A stretch of DNA of 64,000 nucleotides from an uncultured virus (IMG/VR IMGVR_UViG_3300009158_000042) (IMGVR_UViG_3300009158_000042); one strand, 5' to 3'; positions 19,129-29,474 are shown, counted from the first letter of the stretch. Program-made: numbers and translations. Notes: generated by a model not told the origin, from the letters alone.

Positions 19129-19440
19129 TCATGAACAGAGGTAGTCAAGCCACAGTACGAGAATGTCCAACGGCTCTGACATTGACGGAAATGCGTCCGA
19201 GGCTAGGAACTGGAAGTCCGAGAACATCAACTCGTTCGTCTCCGTGTAACGGTTGCACCCACCTTCTCCCATGTTGTACACGGTCAGGAACTCCACACCA
19301 TTGCGTGAGACAACTGCCTTCCAGTAAATCCCTCGGTCATGTTCGCTCTCCTCTTGTAGAGCAAACCTGTACCCCATCTTGTCAGGGCGCAGTTCGTCAG
19401 GAACGCTGTCAAAGATTTCTTCTATGTTTAGGTCAGTCAT
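19129..19440 (-). CDS. Hypothetical protein
   Basis: ORF; NMGEGG motif. Confidence 0.55.
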   Translation of the reverse strand: MTDLNIEEIFDSVPDELRPDKMGYRFALQEESEHDRGIYWKAVVSRNGVEFLTVYNMGEGGCNRYTETNELMFSDFQFLASDAFPSMSEPLDILVLWLDYLCS

Positions 19441-19720
19441 GTTTTTTAGTGTAGATAGATTTATCCGAAAAGTCAATCAGCAGACTCATCCACCACCGTC
19501 AATTGCTAACGGCGACTTTTTTATCGCGACCCCCAGCTCGACCGACGAATTCGCAAAAAATCAACTTTTTTATCCCGACCCCCCAGATTTTTGCCCTGTT
19601 CCGAAAGAGCCCCGGACGGACCAGCGCAGGCGGGGCTCCAATGGAGAAGATGGGACTTATCTATTACATAGAGCAATCTCCCCTGCCGAGCGCAAGGGAG
19701 ACTACTGAATAGATAAGTGG

Positions 19721-20038
19721 TCACTCGGTCAGGAGATAATGCCCACCACGCCTCTCGTATTGAGCAGTAGCCTCAGTAACGGTTTCACGGTAATCACCAT
19801 TCTCCATGTGCCAACCTTCGGGACGGTCTACGGCGTTCCACACTGCGAACGGGTGAAGCGTGTTGTGTGGCAAGAGACAGAGAACAACCCACACGGCGTA
19901 AGCGTCAATGTCAGACGGGCGAGAGAGCCAGCAAGCGAGAATGGTGACAGGATTACTGCCACTGCTAGGAGTGAATGTGTCACCCACTTTCAGCAATCGC
20001 ATTGGGTATGTCTCGGTAGGGGACTTATCTATTGACAT
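19721..20038 (-). CDS. Hypothetical protein
   Basis: TAATG-coupled to upstream gene; HPFAVW...GDY. Confidence 0.55.
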   Translation of the reverse strand: MSIDKSPTETYPMRLLKVGDTFTPSSGSNPVTILACWLSRPSDIDAYAVWVVLCLLPHNTLHPFAVWNAVDRPEGWHMENGDYRETVTEATAQYERRGGHYLLTE

Positions 20039-20481
20039 TACTCGCCACCCAACCAAGCGTTCATCTGCTCATCTGTCATCTCGGTAATGGTTGGTCTGAA
20101 ATCCATTTCAGCGATTTCTTTGGTCAGCATTTCTTTGATGACTTCCATCTCTGCGATTTCTTTCGCAAAGTCAAAAAAGCGTCCTGATGTGTAGGTTGCT
20201 GGAATGTCGTGGTTCTCTCCGTCATACTCGCCACGCTCGTTGAGAGAGCCGATTACAACGCAGTCACCCACAAGTGGACGCTGGAACAACATAGACGCTA
20301 CGGCGTTCACTGGTAGCCCGATAAGCAATCCTTCGTCATGGACATAGCCCACGATTTCTTCGCCTCGTACACAGTCAAACCAGCCACCCACGATTTCGTG
20401 AATGAGTGTGTGACCGTTCTCGCTTGGTATGTCCTGCGTGAATACTTCACCTGTGGACTTGATGATTATTGCTGTTGCCAT
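20038..20481 (-). CDS. DUF3846-like protein
   Basis: IVGGWFD...VHDEGLLIGLPVN..AS...LVGDCVVIG. Confidence 0.7.
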   Translation of the reverse strand: MATAIIIKSTGEVFTQDIPSENGHTLIHEIVGGWFDCVRGEEIVGYVHDEGLLIGLPVNAVASMLFQRPLVGDCVVIGSLNERGEYDGENHDIPATYTSGRFFDFAKEIAEMEVIKEMLTKEIAEMDFRPTITEMTDEQMNAWLGGE

Positions 20482-20596
20482 GATGGCTCTCCTTGTTTGG
20501 TAGGTGTTGATAGCGTACCACTGTGGGTACAGAACTACTGGTGGACTTATCTATTGAGTAGTGGGGACTTCTCCCCACTACTCGCAGATGAATTGG

Positions 20597-21001
20597 TTAG
20601 ACGGCTTCTGCTTTGCTCGCAGGCTTGACTGAACCTTTGGCAGGCTTCACGAGAACTCGCACACTGTTCGTGATTTCCACGCAGGACTTGATGACCTTCT
20701 TGGTGATTTCGCCCTTGCCTACTGCGCTGTCCCACGCCTTAGTGTCAATCGCTGGCTTGGTGACCTTGCGAAACAATGCTGGCGAAAGTTGCTCACGCAA
20801 TTTCTCAACAGAGAACGAACGGCGTTCTGCTGGCGAGACTTTGACATTCAGTTCTGCGAACTCGGCTTCGCTCACGCCTGCGATTGCGAATGTTGCGATA
20901 AGCAACTCTCTCGCTTCGTCATGCGCCTGCTCGGCTTGCTCTTTGGCTGTTAGAGCAGTGAGAAAAGCCTCTACTGCTTGGTTGATTGTTTCTGCTTCCA
21001 T
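20597..21001 (-). CDS. Hypothetical coiled-coil phage protein
   Basis: RBS gaaagggg, promoter copy 21045 upstream. Confidence 0.65.
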   Translation of the reverse strand: MEAETINQAVEAFLTALTAKEQAEQAHDEARELLIATFAIAGVSEAEFAELNVKVSPAERRSFSVEKLREQLSPALFRKVTKPAIDTKAWDSAVGKGEITKKVIKSCVEITNSVRVLVKPAKGSVKPASKAEAV

Positions 21002-21436
21002 GATGTACCCCTTTCGTGGGTGTGTATCGCTTGTGGTACCCACAAGCGTACACGGTCAGGTACAGAACTACAACCTTTTGACTTATCTATTTACAACTCC
21101 CCTCGCACCCTCACAGTTAGTCTCTTATTTATCACGACCCCCCATGCCTCGCCTCTCCTTTTCGCCCCTTCTCGGTTGGAGCCCCGTTCTAGTCGGGCAT
21201 CATCGGGGCTCCCTTCGGCAAACCCCCCGATAGGCAAGTTCGCATGGGGAGTAGAGATAGAAAAGTGAACGATTTGGATAAGCGCAGACTGGCTCGGATT
21301 TATGCTCGGCTCACAGAAGTAGAACGGCTAGTGAGTGCCGTGCGTCTGCTCAACAGTCAGACACGGGCAAGGTTAGAGCGAAGCAAGTTCGTACTTGTGG
21401 AGAACGACTTATCTATTCAGGTAGAAAACCAAAAAA

Positions 21437-21469
21437 GGGAGACTCATCTGTAATAGATAAGTCTCCCTC
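21437..21469 (-). terminator. Intrinsic terminator whose stem contains the AATAGATAAGTC motif
   Basis: Minus strand: agggagacttatct-attac-agatgagtctccct followed by a T-run. Confidence 0.6.
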
Positions 21470-21534
21470 TTTGTTGGTGTGGGCGTTTCCCTTCTGAAAG
21501 GAAGGGGGGACAGAGGTACTAAGCCCTCGCTCAA

Positions 21535-21954
21535 CTACTTTATGTAGCGAGCGACCCCTGCGTAGGTGTTGGTGCTTACTGTTTCCTCGTCTGTCATACG
21601 AAGGATACTGATAGCGTTCTCCAACTCCTCAATCTCTGATTTGATAGCCCAATGAACGAAGTCTTGTTCAGGCTCTTTTGGTGCTTTCACCGAAGCAGGA
21701 AACTCAATCGTGAGTTCGTACTTGTTGCCTTCCTCGTTACGGTAGTTGTTGTACTTGCTGACATTTGTGACCTTGCCCTTGCCTGAACGAAACAACTCCG
21801 AAAGACTGTCTTGGAAGTCTTTGACTTCTTTTTCGTATTCTTTTTTTGCTTTTTCGTAATCGGACATTTGCTTATTGCGAAAGTCAAGAGCCTTCTGTAA
21901 TGCGTCAATCACTTTCTTAGTGCTGACCTTTACATTTATGGATTTCTGTTTCAT
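21535..21954 (-). CDS. Hypothetical protein
   Basis: RBS aggag, promoter copy 21998. Confidence 0.65.
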   Translation of the reverse strand: MKQKSINVKVSTKKVIDALQKALDFRNKQMSDYEKAKKEYEKEVKDFQDSLSELFRSGKGKVTNVSKYNNYRNEEGNKYELTIEFPASVKAPKEPEQDFVHWAIKSEIEELENAISILRMTDEETVSTNTYAGVARYIK

Positions 21955-22323
21955 TTGGTTTCTCCTGCCAGCCTTGTAGGTGGGTGCTGACTCGCATACC
22001 GTACCACTCAAGGTACAGACCTACACGCCCACTTATCTATTACATTTTTATCTCGCCCCCCCGTCCCTCGCCATGTGTTCGCAAGAAAGCCCCGACCTAG
22101 TTCGTTATCAACGGGGCTCATTCCGAAACGAGAGAACAAGAGCGCACTTGGGGGTTGAGATAGAAAAGTTGAGTTCGGGGTTGCGTAACTTATCTATTTG
22201 GAATAATCAAAAAACCGTAACGCTCGCACAACCGTAATAGATAAGTCAGGTCACCTTGGTAATAGATAAGTCAAAGCCCCTGTCAGCATGGGGTGGCTGA
22301 CAGGGGCTAAGGCTTGCTAAGTG

Positions 22324-22788
22324 TTAGCGCATGAAGTTGCGAATAGCGTCATTGAGACTGCCAGTTGCGCCACCTTCATCAGTAATCGTGTCATCAGGCT
22401 CGTCTTGGAAACGGAGAACGCTTACAACATCTTCACGAGTAGCAACCACAACGAGACGAACACGACGCTTTTCAGGGTGCTGACTTGGTGGAGTGTCAAG
22501 ACCAACTTCTGCGTCAAAGTCCTTGGGAAGTGGCGCAGCCCAACCCGTTGTAACTACTGCCGTGAACTCGTATGACTTAGCAACCTTACGGTCTGCCTTG
22601 TCCAGTAGGTCATAAACATCATCATGTGACGAGAGGTGAGTGAGTTTCGCTTCGTTGTTGGTGATAGTGACACCGTAGAGGCGAGATGAGGACAGTTGGA
22701 ACTGGTCATCAGGATTAGTCGGGTGACTGAGTAGGTGGTGGAGTTTGGCTTCTGCCAACTCTGCCGTAGCGAGTAATGAAAGTGTCAT
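22324..22788 (-). CDS. Hypothetical protein
   Basis: GWAAP...PSQHPEKRRVRL motif; promoter copy 22823. Confidence 0.65.
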   Translation of the reverse strand: MTLSLLATAELAEAKLHHLLSHPTNPDDQFQLSSSRLYGVTITNNEAKLTHLSSHDDVYDLLDKADRKVAKSYEFTAVVTTGWAAPLPKDFDAEVGLDTPPSQHPEKRRVRLVVVATREDVVSVLRFQDEPDDTITDEGGATGSLNDAIRNFMR

Positions 22789-23227
22789 AGCGTTTCCCTT
22801 CGTGGTTTGTTGTGACAAGGACAGCGTACACGATTAGGTACAGAACTACAATGGCACTTATCTATTCAGAAAAAAGACTTCCACCACCGTCATTCACTAA
22901 CAGGACAACCCACAACCCTTCTCGCTATTTTTTGACTTTTTTATCACGACCCCCAAGCCCCTCGTTCGCCCTCGCCTTGGCGTGTTCGGAAAGAGCCCCG
23001 GGCATTTCGCCAACGGCGGGGCTCCAATGGGAAAGGAAGCCGAGCCGAGTGAATTGGTTGGGTTGGGTGACTTATCTATTGCTGATACCGAGACAGCCGA
23101 GAGATAGAGCGAGCGTGTCACTCTCTGCCCTCGTGCCTATCCTCAATAGACAAGTGCCACGCCACAACGCCTGCCATGAGAGCAACACCGAGCAACGGTG
23201 AACAGAGGGCGAGTATCACGAGCGTTC

Positions 23228-23527
23228 TCATCTGTCATGTGGCATGGTCAGCACTTGCCAAGTGTCTAGGCTAGTTCCGTAGAAATCCACGAGCCGTGAG
23301 ATGACAGCCCCCGTGTCTCCGTGACAATTTGTGCGAGCGATACTCCACACCGTGTCACCCTTCTCAACATTCACCGTAGGCGTGTCACAAGTGAAGTGGG
23401 TACGGTCAGCCGTAATCCACCCCACAACAGCACCAGCGAGAGGGAGAGAGAACAGCAGAACAATAAGCGAGGTAGTGCCGAAAGCGAAACGCCTACGCTT
23501 GTACTTATCTATTACCATTTCACGCAC
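23228..23527 (-). CDS. Membrane-anchored LysM-domain protein
   Basis: TM helix then VEKGDTVWSIA LysM signature. Confidence 0.65.
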   Translation of the reverse strand: MREMVIDKYKRRRFAFGTTSLIVLLFSLPLAGAVVGWITADRTHFTCDTPTVNVEKGDTVWSIARTNCHGDTGAVISRLVDFYGTSLDTWQVLTMPHDR

Positions 23528-23951
23528 TCACTTTCATAGCGTCTGCCCACGAATAATTTGCAATTTCTGCCAATGTTTGATTTTCGTCTAATCCCTCTAC
23601 GGCATAAACGGTGACACCATCTTTACGCATTACATACACATAGTCAGCCCATGAGAACGATTTGTCCTCTGGCGCATACCACGCATACTCGTCATCAGGC
23701 GTATCGGTGTGAAAAATACCGTAGCCCTCGCAGTAGTTATCGCTTGCAGTTTCCTCACGAGGTTCGGTGGTGATTACTGACCAAGAGTTGTGGTCGTGCA
23801 AAAGCGTCTGAACCACTTTCGCTAATCCGTCACGCTCTCGCAGTTCAGCCAAGAGAGGCACGATACGAGATGGGTAGTTGTCCCAATGAGCGTAACGCCC
23901 ATGCCACCTGCCCCCTGCTAGTTCGCTTGCGATTATTGCTCGTGTACTCAT
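23520..23951 (-). CDS. Conserved phage hypothetical protein
   Basis: MSTRAII...YAHWDNYP...ADYVYV pattern. Confidence 0.65.
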   Translation of the reverse strand: MSTRAIIASELAGGRWHGRYAHWDNYPSRIVPLLAELRERDGLAKVVQTLLHDHNSWSVITTEPREETASDNYCEGYGIFHTDTPDDEYAWYAPEDKSFSWADYVYVMRKDGVTVYAVEGLDENQTLAEIANYSWADAMKVSA

Positions 23952-23952
23952 G

Positions 23953-24258
23953 TTATTTACCCACCGTGATTACAGGGCGAGTGCCGAACATTGAGAAGTG
24001 CGCTTCCAATGGGTACGCCTCTAACAAACTCTTGTAGTGAGATGGATAGTTCGCATACGCCAAGAAATAATCGCTTGCGTCAATGATGGTAGTGATGGTG
24101 ACATTCTCAATGTCTGAAAGGTCAATAATCAGCAATACCGAATTATCTCGGCTTGCTCGCACATACGCTTGTGCGCCGTTGTAGTGGTACACGAGGTGTT
24201 TGCTCGCCTGCTGGTCAATAAACCTCGCAGTTGTCATGTGGTCATTGTTCATAGTCAT
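23953..24258 (-). CDS. Hypothetical protein
   Basis: First gene after promoter copy 24287. Confidence 0.6.
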   Translation of the reverse strand: MTMNNDHMTTARFIDQQASKHLVYHYNGAQAYVRASRDNSVLLIIDLSDIENVTITTIIDASDYFLAYANYPSHYKSLLEAYPLEAHFSMFGTRPVITVGK

Positions 24259-24667
24259 TTCGTTTCCTTCCGTTTGACTTGCTTGCAGAATACCAGTAGA
24301 GGTACAAACCTACAACCCTGCCCACTTATCTATTACCAACACGCCCGACCCACTCACAATCTGACTTTTTTATCACGACCCCCCATGCTCACAAAAGCGT
24401 CAAAAAAGACGCTTTCTGTTGGAGCCCCGACCTCGCTCGTTTCCATCGGGGCTCCCCTCGTGCGTGACGCTTTGCTCGCATGACGGGGGTAGAGATAGAA
24501 ATGTGGAGTTCTATCGGGTTGCGAACTTTATCGCACGGCTTGTATCGGTGGAGTGAGTTCGCTCACGCACGGGCGCACGGCTCGTATCTGTAATAGATAA
24601 GTCCACGCACACAGCAAAGCCCTGACCTATCCGTAATAGATAAGTCAGGGCAAAGGCTGTTAGAGGG

Positions 24668-24976
24668 CTACTCGGACTCGCACCTGCCACACAGGTAGTC
24701 AGCACCCCAAGCGTCACCCACATAATTACCGTGCTTACAGTAGAGGCTCGCCTGATACTCACGCTCACGGTTCTCACGGGCTTCACATTCCTCGTAGTAC
24801 GCCTCGTAATGCTTCTCACAGCGTGGGAAGGTAACGAACGCACCCGAACGGTAGTAGCGCACGGGGATAGTCACCTCGTAGTTCACGGAGCCTTCGCACG
24901 GGGAGTCAGGATTATCGTAATCAAGACAATCCTCATGCGTCAGTTCGGGCGTATCGGACTTATCTATGTCAGTCAT
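24668..24976 (-). CDS. Hypothetical Cys-rich protein
   Basis: CEGSV...RCEKH...CKHG...CGRCE. Confidence 0.55.
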   Translation of the reverse strand: MTDIDKSDTPELTHEDCLDYDNPDSPCEGSVNYEVTIPVRYYRSGAFVTFPRCEKHYEAYYEECEARENREREYQASLYCKHGNYVGDAWGADYLCGRCESE

Positions 24977-24977
24977 G

Positions 24978-25466
24978 TCAGACCTTTCCAGCACAGGTGC
25001 TACCCATGCCCCTAGCAACGCTCTTAGGGTCAGTTAGGTCTGCCCCACAGATAACGCACATTGAGTACAGCAAGCCAAGTTCAGCGCACTCGGCAATAGT
25101 CATACGCATACTCGCAGTAAGGCGATAGAACGCCCCACGCTCAAAGACAATGCGCTCGGACTTCGTTGTGCCTTCGGGAACGAAACGCATGGCGTACATT
25201 CCTGATTTATCCTTGTTGTACTTCACACGATAAACAACGCCGTCAGCATTGCGATACATACCGATTTCGGTAACAGGGTCAAGGTTCGCAGGCGCACTCG
25301 CCTTAGCCTTCGCCATGCTCGCCTCTACGGCTTCTATCTGCTTGATAGTGAGAGAGCCGAAACGGTCTAGCGAACTAAGTACGCTCGCATAGAACGAATT
25401 ACTCTTAGCGTTCTCACGCAAGAAATTAGCGATTATTTCTAATCGGTCTAGTGGTGGTGTGGTCAT
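24978..25466 (-). CDS. DUF6011-like Zn-ribbon protein
   Basis: C-terminal CVICGADLTDPKSVARGMGSTCA. Confidence 0.7.
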   Translation of the reverse strand: MTTPPLDRLEIIANFLRENAKSNSFYASVLSSLDRFGSLTIKQIEAVEASMAKAKASAPANLDPVTEIGMYRNADGVVYRVKYNKDKSGMYAMRFVPEGTTKSERIVFERGAFYRLTASMRMTIAECAELGLLYSMCVICGADLTDPKSVARGMGSTCAGKV

Positions 25467-25807
25467 GTCTTACCCCTTCTAAGTAGTTTGACTACTCGTA
25501 CAATACCAGCAAAGGTACGGAACTACTAGGGGACTTATCTATTCAGTATCGGCTCGCAGTATCCACTCGGATACGCTCGCAGTTGGCTCGCATACTTCGC
25601 TCGGACTTATCTATTCAGTAATCACCCACGCCTCGCACCTACCAGCACCAGCACTCTTTTTTATCTCTACCCCCGTTGCGCCCCCACCCGTCACTTCTCG
25701 GTGGGGGCCCCGTTCGCGCTGAGTCATGCCGGGGCTCCCATCGGGCGCAAGGTCAAGCCTTGACCTACCCGTGAGAGTAAGTCAAGGCGAGACTATCTAG
25801 CACTTAT

Positions 25808-26242
25808 CTATTCAGGAAAGGCGCTAGCCCTTGCGAGTAATCCCGTAAGTATGCCGTCAGCGTAGTAGTCAGGCGCTGTGCCGTCTAGGTACTTGCCCAA
25901 TGAGGCTAGGACTGTGCGCTCAAACTCGGCGAAGGACTTATCGCCGTAGCGCCCCACCGCTTGCGTGGCAAACTTGGTAGCAGGGTAGGTAGCGAAGTCA
26001 AAGACGGTAAATGATGTCACGCTCATGGTGGCGTGTGGTTGCCAGTGAACTAGACGGATAGTTGCCTCATACTGCTTGCGCTTAGCGTCATGGCTGAACT
26101 CAAGTTCTATTTGCTCACCCCACAAGTCATTGCTGTGGACATGCGGAATGTCTACCTTTGAGGACTGCCAACGGTAGGTGACCTCACGGTCACGCTCACG
26201 GCGCTTGGCTTGCGCTAGTAGGTTGGTGGTTGCTGTGGTCAT
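25808..26242 (-). CDS. Hypothetical protein
   Basis: First leftward gene from the divergence point. Confidence 0.65.
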   Translation of the reverse strand: MTTATTNLLAQAKRRERDREVTYRWQSSKVDIPHVHSNDLWGEQIELEFSHDAKRKQYEATIRLVHWQPHATMSVTSFTVFDFATYPATKFATQAVGRYGDKSFAEFERTVLASLGKYLDGTAPDYYADGILTGLLARASAFPE

Positions 26243-26613
26243 GGTTACCCCTTCATGGTTGTTTGACTACTCGCATAGTACCATCGTAGGTACGGAACTA
26301 CTGTGGGACTTATCTATTACCGATACGCTCACGCCTCGCCACTCGGCAACCCCCGATAGTTGGGCTTATCTATCTCAACCCCCGTCACAGCCTCGGAGTC
26401 TCTCGGACTCTTACGGTTGGAGCCCCGTTCGCGCTCGGTTCCCTCGGGGCTCCCATCGGGAAGGGCGCTTCCCTACTCTTGGGGGTCGTGATAAAAAAGT
26501 TTCATCTAATCGGTCAGGGTCTTTCTTTCATAGATAAGTCTCGGTGGAGGTTTGTACCTCACCATGTACTCTGTGTCCAGTTGGGGGATGGTCTCCCAGC
26601 AGGAAGGGATGCC

Positions 26614-27135
26614 ATGTTCGGTGTTGTTCAGCAGTTGGAGGACGAAGAGGTGCAGGCTCGCACTGTGCTTTTCGTTTACGAAGTCAAAGAGGAAGGCGAT
26701 GCACTCGCTGTGGTTGGAACATTCCACCCCAACTTCTTTGACCAAGACATTGTCAATCTCATCAAGGAAGAGCGCCAGTGCTCTTACAACCAAGCAGAGG
26801 ACGACGAGCAGGGTTCAGCGATGGAAGCCTGTGGTTGCATTTGGTGCCTCACCGAAGGCACGGGCTATCTCAATTGGGGAAGCAACGGATGGGATGACAT
26901 TCCGAGAGGGTTCGCATTTGTGCAGTTTCCAAAAAGCGCTGCAATCGCCGAAGGCTCGCTCATTCTTGTTGAAGGCAAGTGGCTCTCCGAGGACATCCAC
27001 GGCGTTTCGGAAACCAAGTCCGTTATCAACTACGAGACCACAATGGTGGAGACCTCGCATGGCACCTACCCCGAAGCCGAGTGCCTTGCAGTTGAGCATT
27101 GGGAGTTGCTACCAGCACTCCCAGCCAATCGGTAA
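26614..27135 (+). CDS. Hypothetical protein
   Basis: First rightward gene; RBS aggaaggg, promoter copy 26544. Confidence 0.6.
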   Translation: MFGVVQQLEDEEVQARTVLFVYEVKEEGDALAVVGTFHPNFFDQDIVNLIKEERQCSYNQAEDDEQGSAMEACGCIWCLTEGTGYLNWGSNGWDDIPRGFAFVQFPKSAAIAEGSLILVEGKWLSEDIHGVSETKSVINYETTMVETSHGTYPEAECLAVEHWELLPALPANR

Positions 27136-27393
27136 TAGATAAGTCATCAACCACTCTGAGTGAAAGAAGAACTCGCTCAGAGTGATGACCAAGGAAGCCC
27201 CGGCTCGCTCGTTCCCAACGGGGCTCCCTTGCGCTTCGCTTGCTTCGGTGGTGGGGGTCGTGATAAAAAAGTCTGCTCCTCGTTGCGAGGGAGAAGCTCG
27301 GGTTATCTGTAATAGATAAGTACCCCTAGCAGTTCTGTACCTATTGGGTTACTATTGAGTGACCACATAACACTTTCCTGAAGGGGGAACTAA

Positions 27394-27807
27394 ATGTCAA
27401 AAATAGATTATGACGGAATACAACTTTCGTACGAGGCTCAAGTTATTGAGTCAGATAAAAAGTTGCTTGATGCTTTACTTGATGCCGTGAAAGATGAAGA
27501 ACTTGCACCTTTCACATTCCACATGGAGTGGGTCATCTGTGATTACTGCCGTGGCAACGGTGGACACTCTCGCCGTTTCGGTGCAATGAGTTCAGAAGAG
27601 TTTGCAGAGTGGAGCGATGAGTCTCGTGAAGCGTACTTGCGTGGTGCTTACGATGACCGTTGTGAAGCGTGTGATGGAAGTGGAAAGGTCTATGAGATGA
27701 ACGAAGGCGCATTGCCTGAAGAAGTTATTGAGTTCATTGACAACTACCGTCAGTACGCATTTGATAGCGCATCTGAAAGTCGTGCTGAACGAATGGCAGG
27801 TTGCTGA
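27394..27807 (+). CDS. Hypothetical protein with DnaJ-type CxxCxGxG motifs
   Basis: CDYCRGNG...YDDRCEACDGSG. Confidence 0.7.
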   Translation: MSKIDYDGIQLSYEAQVIESDKKLLDALLDAVKDEELAPFTFHMEWVICDYCRGNGGHSRRFGAMSSEEFAEWSDESREAYLRGAYDDRCEACDGSGKVYEMNEGALPEEVIEFIDNYRQYAFDSASESRAERMAGC

Positions 27808-28046
27808 TGTTTACTTACCGTGTAACTGTTCAGGTCACGCTTGATGTTGAGGCAGAAGATGACGATGGAGCAATGGCAGTAGCAATGCAGAATGTCAGTG
27901 CTCGCATAGGCGATGACCGTACAACACCTCTCCACGAAAGAACTGATGCAATGTGGGTGACAGGCATTGCTGAAAGAGATTACGAATACTTTTGTTACAA
28001 GCAACCATTCCCACTATGGGTAATAGATAAGTCAGAGGACTACTAA
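27807..28046 (+). CDS. Hypothetical protein
   Basis: TGATG-coupled ORF. Confidence 0.55.
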   Translation: MFTYRVTVQVTLDVEAEDDDGAMAVAMQNVSARIGDDRTTPLHERTDAMWVTGIAERDYEYFCYKQPFPLWVIDKSEDY

Positions 28047-28048
28047 TC

Positions 28049-28339
28049 ATGAATAACAAAAGCGATAGTTATTACACACTTAGGTCTGTCATTCGTTTTA
28101 TCTTTTGGGGAACGATACTCGCAGTAATCATGTGGATTGTTACAACATCTATTGCAGTTTTTGCATCTGATGAAACACCCGATTGTGATGTGACATTAGA
28201 GCGTGACTTCACATGGAACGCTCGTGAGTTCGCAGTGCTCAATCCAACCAAGACGCTTGCAGATTGCCGTCATTACCAAAGCGTTGTTCTCAATGAGAAC
28301 GGCACATGGGAATGGTACGACCCATACATGGACTCATAG
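28049..28339 (+). CDS. Hypothetical membrane-anchored protein
   Basis: N-terminal TM helix. Confidence 0.6.
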   Translation: MNNKSDSYYTLRSVIRFIFWGTILAVIMWIVTTSIAVFASDETPDCDVTLERDFTWNAREFAVLNPTKTLADCRHYQSVVLNENGTWEWYDPYMDS

Positions 28340-28440
28340 AAAGGATTGATTATGGTTTTTTTATTTGTTATTGCAGTAACGCTTGCAGTTCTAATAGCAA
28401 TAGTTCGTGACGATAGATGGTGGTGAACACTTATCTATTA

Positions 28441-28752
28441 CTAATCAAACGAACGAGACACTGGTAAGTCGCATTGCAAACAATCGTAATGTGCAAGTGT
28501 CTTTTTTGTTTTTCTCTTGACGATGTACGCAGATGAAAGATGACCACCACCTTCGTACTCACTCAACAATGCTTGATGCGTTTTTATCTCTTCGCTGTTG
28601 AGACCTAAGTCCTCGGCGCAGTACGCACAGATGTAGCCATCGGCAATCTCGTCATAGATGACAGATGTAGTCATGTCATCTTGCTCGTACTCATCAGAGA
28701 ACTGGTTGGTGCTAGTTGCAAAGTACGGTTGGAGTGCTTTTGTTTTTTTCAT
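28441..28752 (-). CDS. Hypothetical Zn-binding protein
   Basis: CAYC...CLQC; RBS gagga. Confidence 0.6.
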   Translation of the reverse strand: MKKTKALQPYFATSTNQFSDEYEQDDMTTSVIYDEIADGYICAYCAEDLGLNSEEIKTHQALLSEYEGGGHLSSAYIVKRKTKKTLAHYDCLQCDLPVSRSFD

Positions 28753-29345
28753 TTTTTCCTCTCACCTCTTATGAGGTTGCTTGTGTTTTACAATCGGACA
28801 TTTTTTCTTACATCTTTTACAAGAGTCCTTGCATCTCTTTATGTCAAAAGTTTTTGTCCGTTACCTATTAGACGTGTCATCGTCTCCGTTTCTGAAAACG
28901 ATGCTCGCAGTTGATAGAAGCGTCATCTTGATACGAAAACGAAACGACTTATCTATTCAGTAATAGAAAGCAGGCTTCGCTCGGAGAAAGTAAGCGAGTC
29001 AGCAACTTTTCTATCTCTACCCCCGTTGCAAGGCAGTTATGCCAGCGCATGGGAGCCCCGATGCTGTTCGCTCCTAACGGGGCTTCTACCTCGCGCGCGT
29101 GACGCCGAGAGCAGCAAGCTTGGGGGGTCGCGATAAATAAGCAAGATTTCAGCTGGGAGCTGGGAGCTGGGAGCTGGCGAAATAAGGGATAGATAAGTGG
29201 TTTAAATCTTTTACAAAACTGACCGATTGCAAAACGCAACTCCTTGCAAATAAAGGGTTTGCGGTCGTAAAAATGTAGGTTTGTACCTACTTTTGTATAA
29301 TCCGCGCACGCCCACAACCACCACAACAACCCACAAGGAGCCCAC

Positions 29346-29447
29346 ATGAAGCCACACGATAAGAACAGCCGCCCACCTACCTCATTCGTAGGCGGCGCAG
29401 GTCATTGGAATAAGCGCGGCAAATCAAAGCCAAAAGATAAAAAGTAA
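29346..29447 (+). CDS. Small basic peptide (33 aa)
   Basis: aaggag RBS after promoter copy 29273; MKPHDKNSRPPTSFVGGAGHWNKRGKSKPKDKK. Confidence 0.45.
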   Translation: MKPHDKNSRPPTSFVGGAGHWNKRGKSKPKDKK

Positions 29448-29474
29448 TTCGGACAAAGGAAGGAACCACACCCG

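Larger units (their letters stand above)
7766..22892 (+). repeat. Dispersed repeat TCATCCACCACCGTCA(N4-YTAAC), 7 copies
   Basis: Copies at 7766, 9088, 9781, 11363, 17666, 19486 and 22880 (13-nt core), all on the same strand. Confidence 0.85.

Noticed and set aside
7766..22892. Chi site (reverse strand contains GGTGGTGG)
   Set aside because: Conservation extends well beyond 8 nt, there are only 7 mostly intergenic copies, and the likely host is not a known user of this Chi sequence
29151..29177. AGCTGGG heptamer run
   Set aside because: Short slippage-type tandem repeat in intergenic DNA with no further support for function
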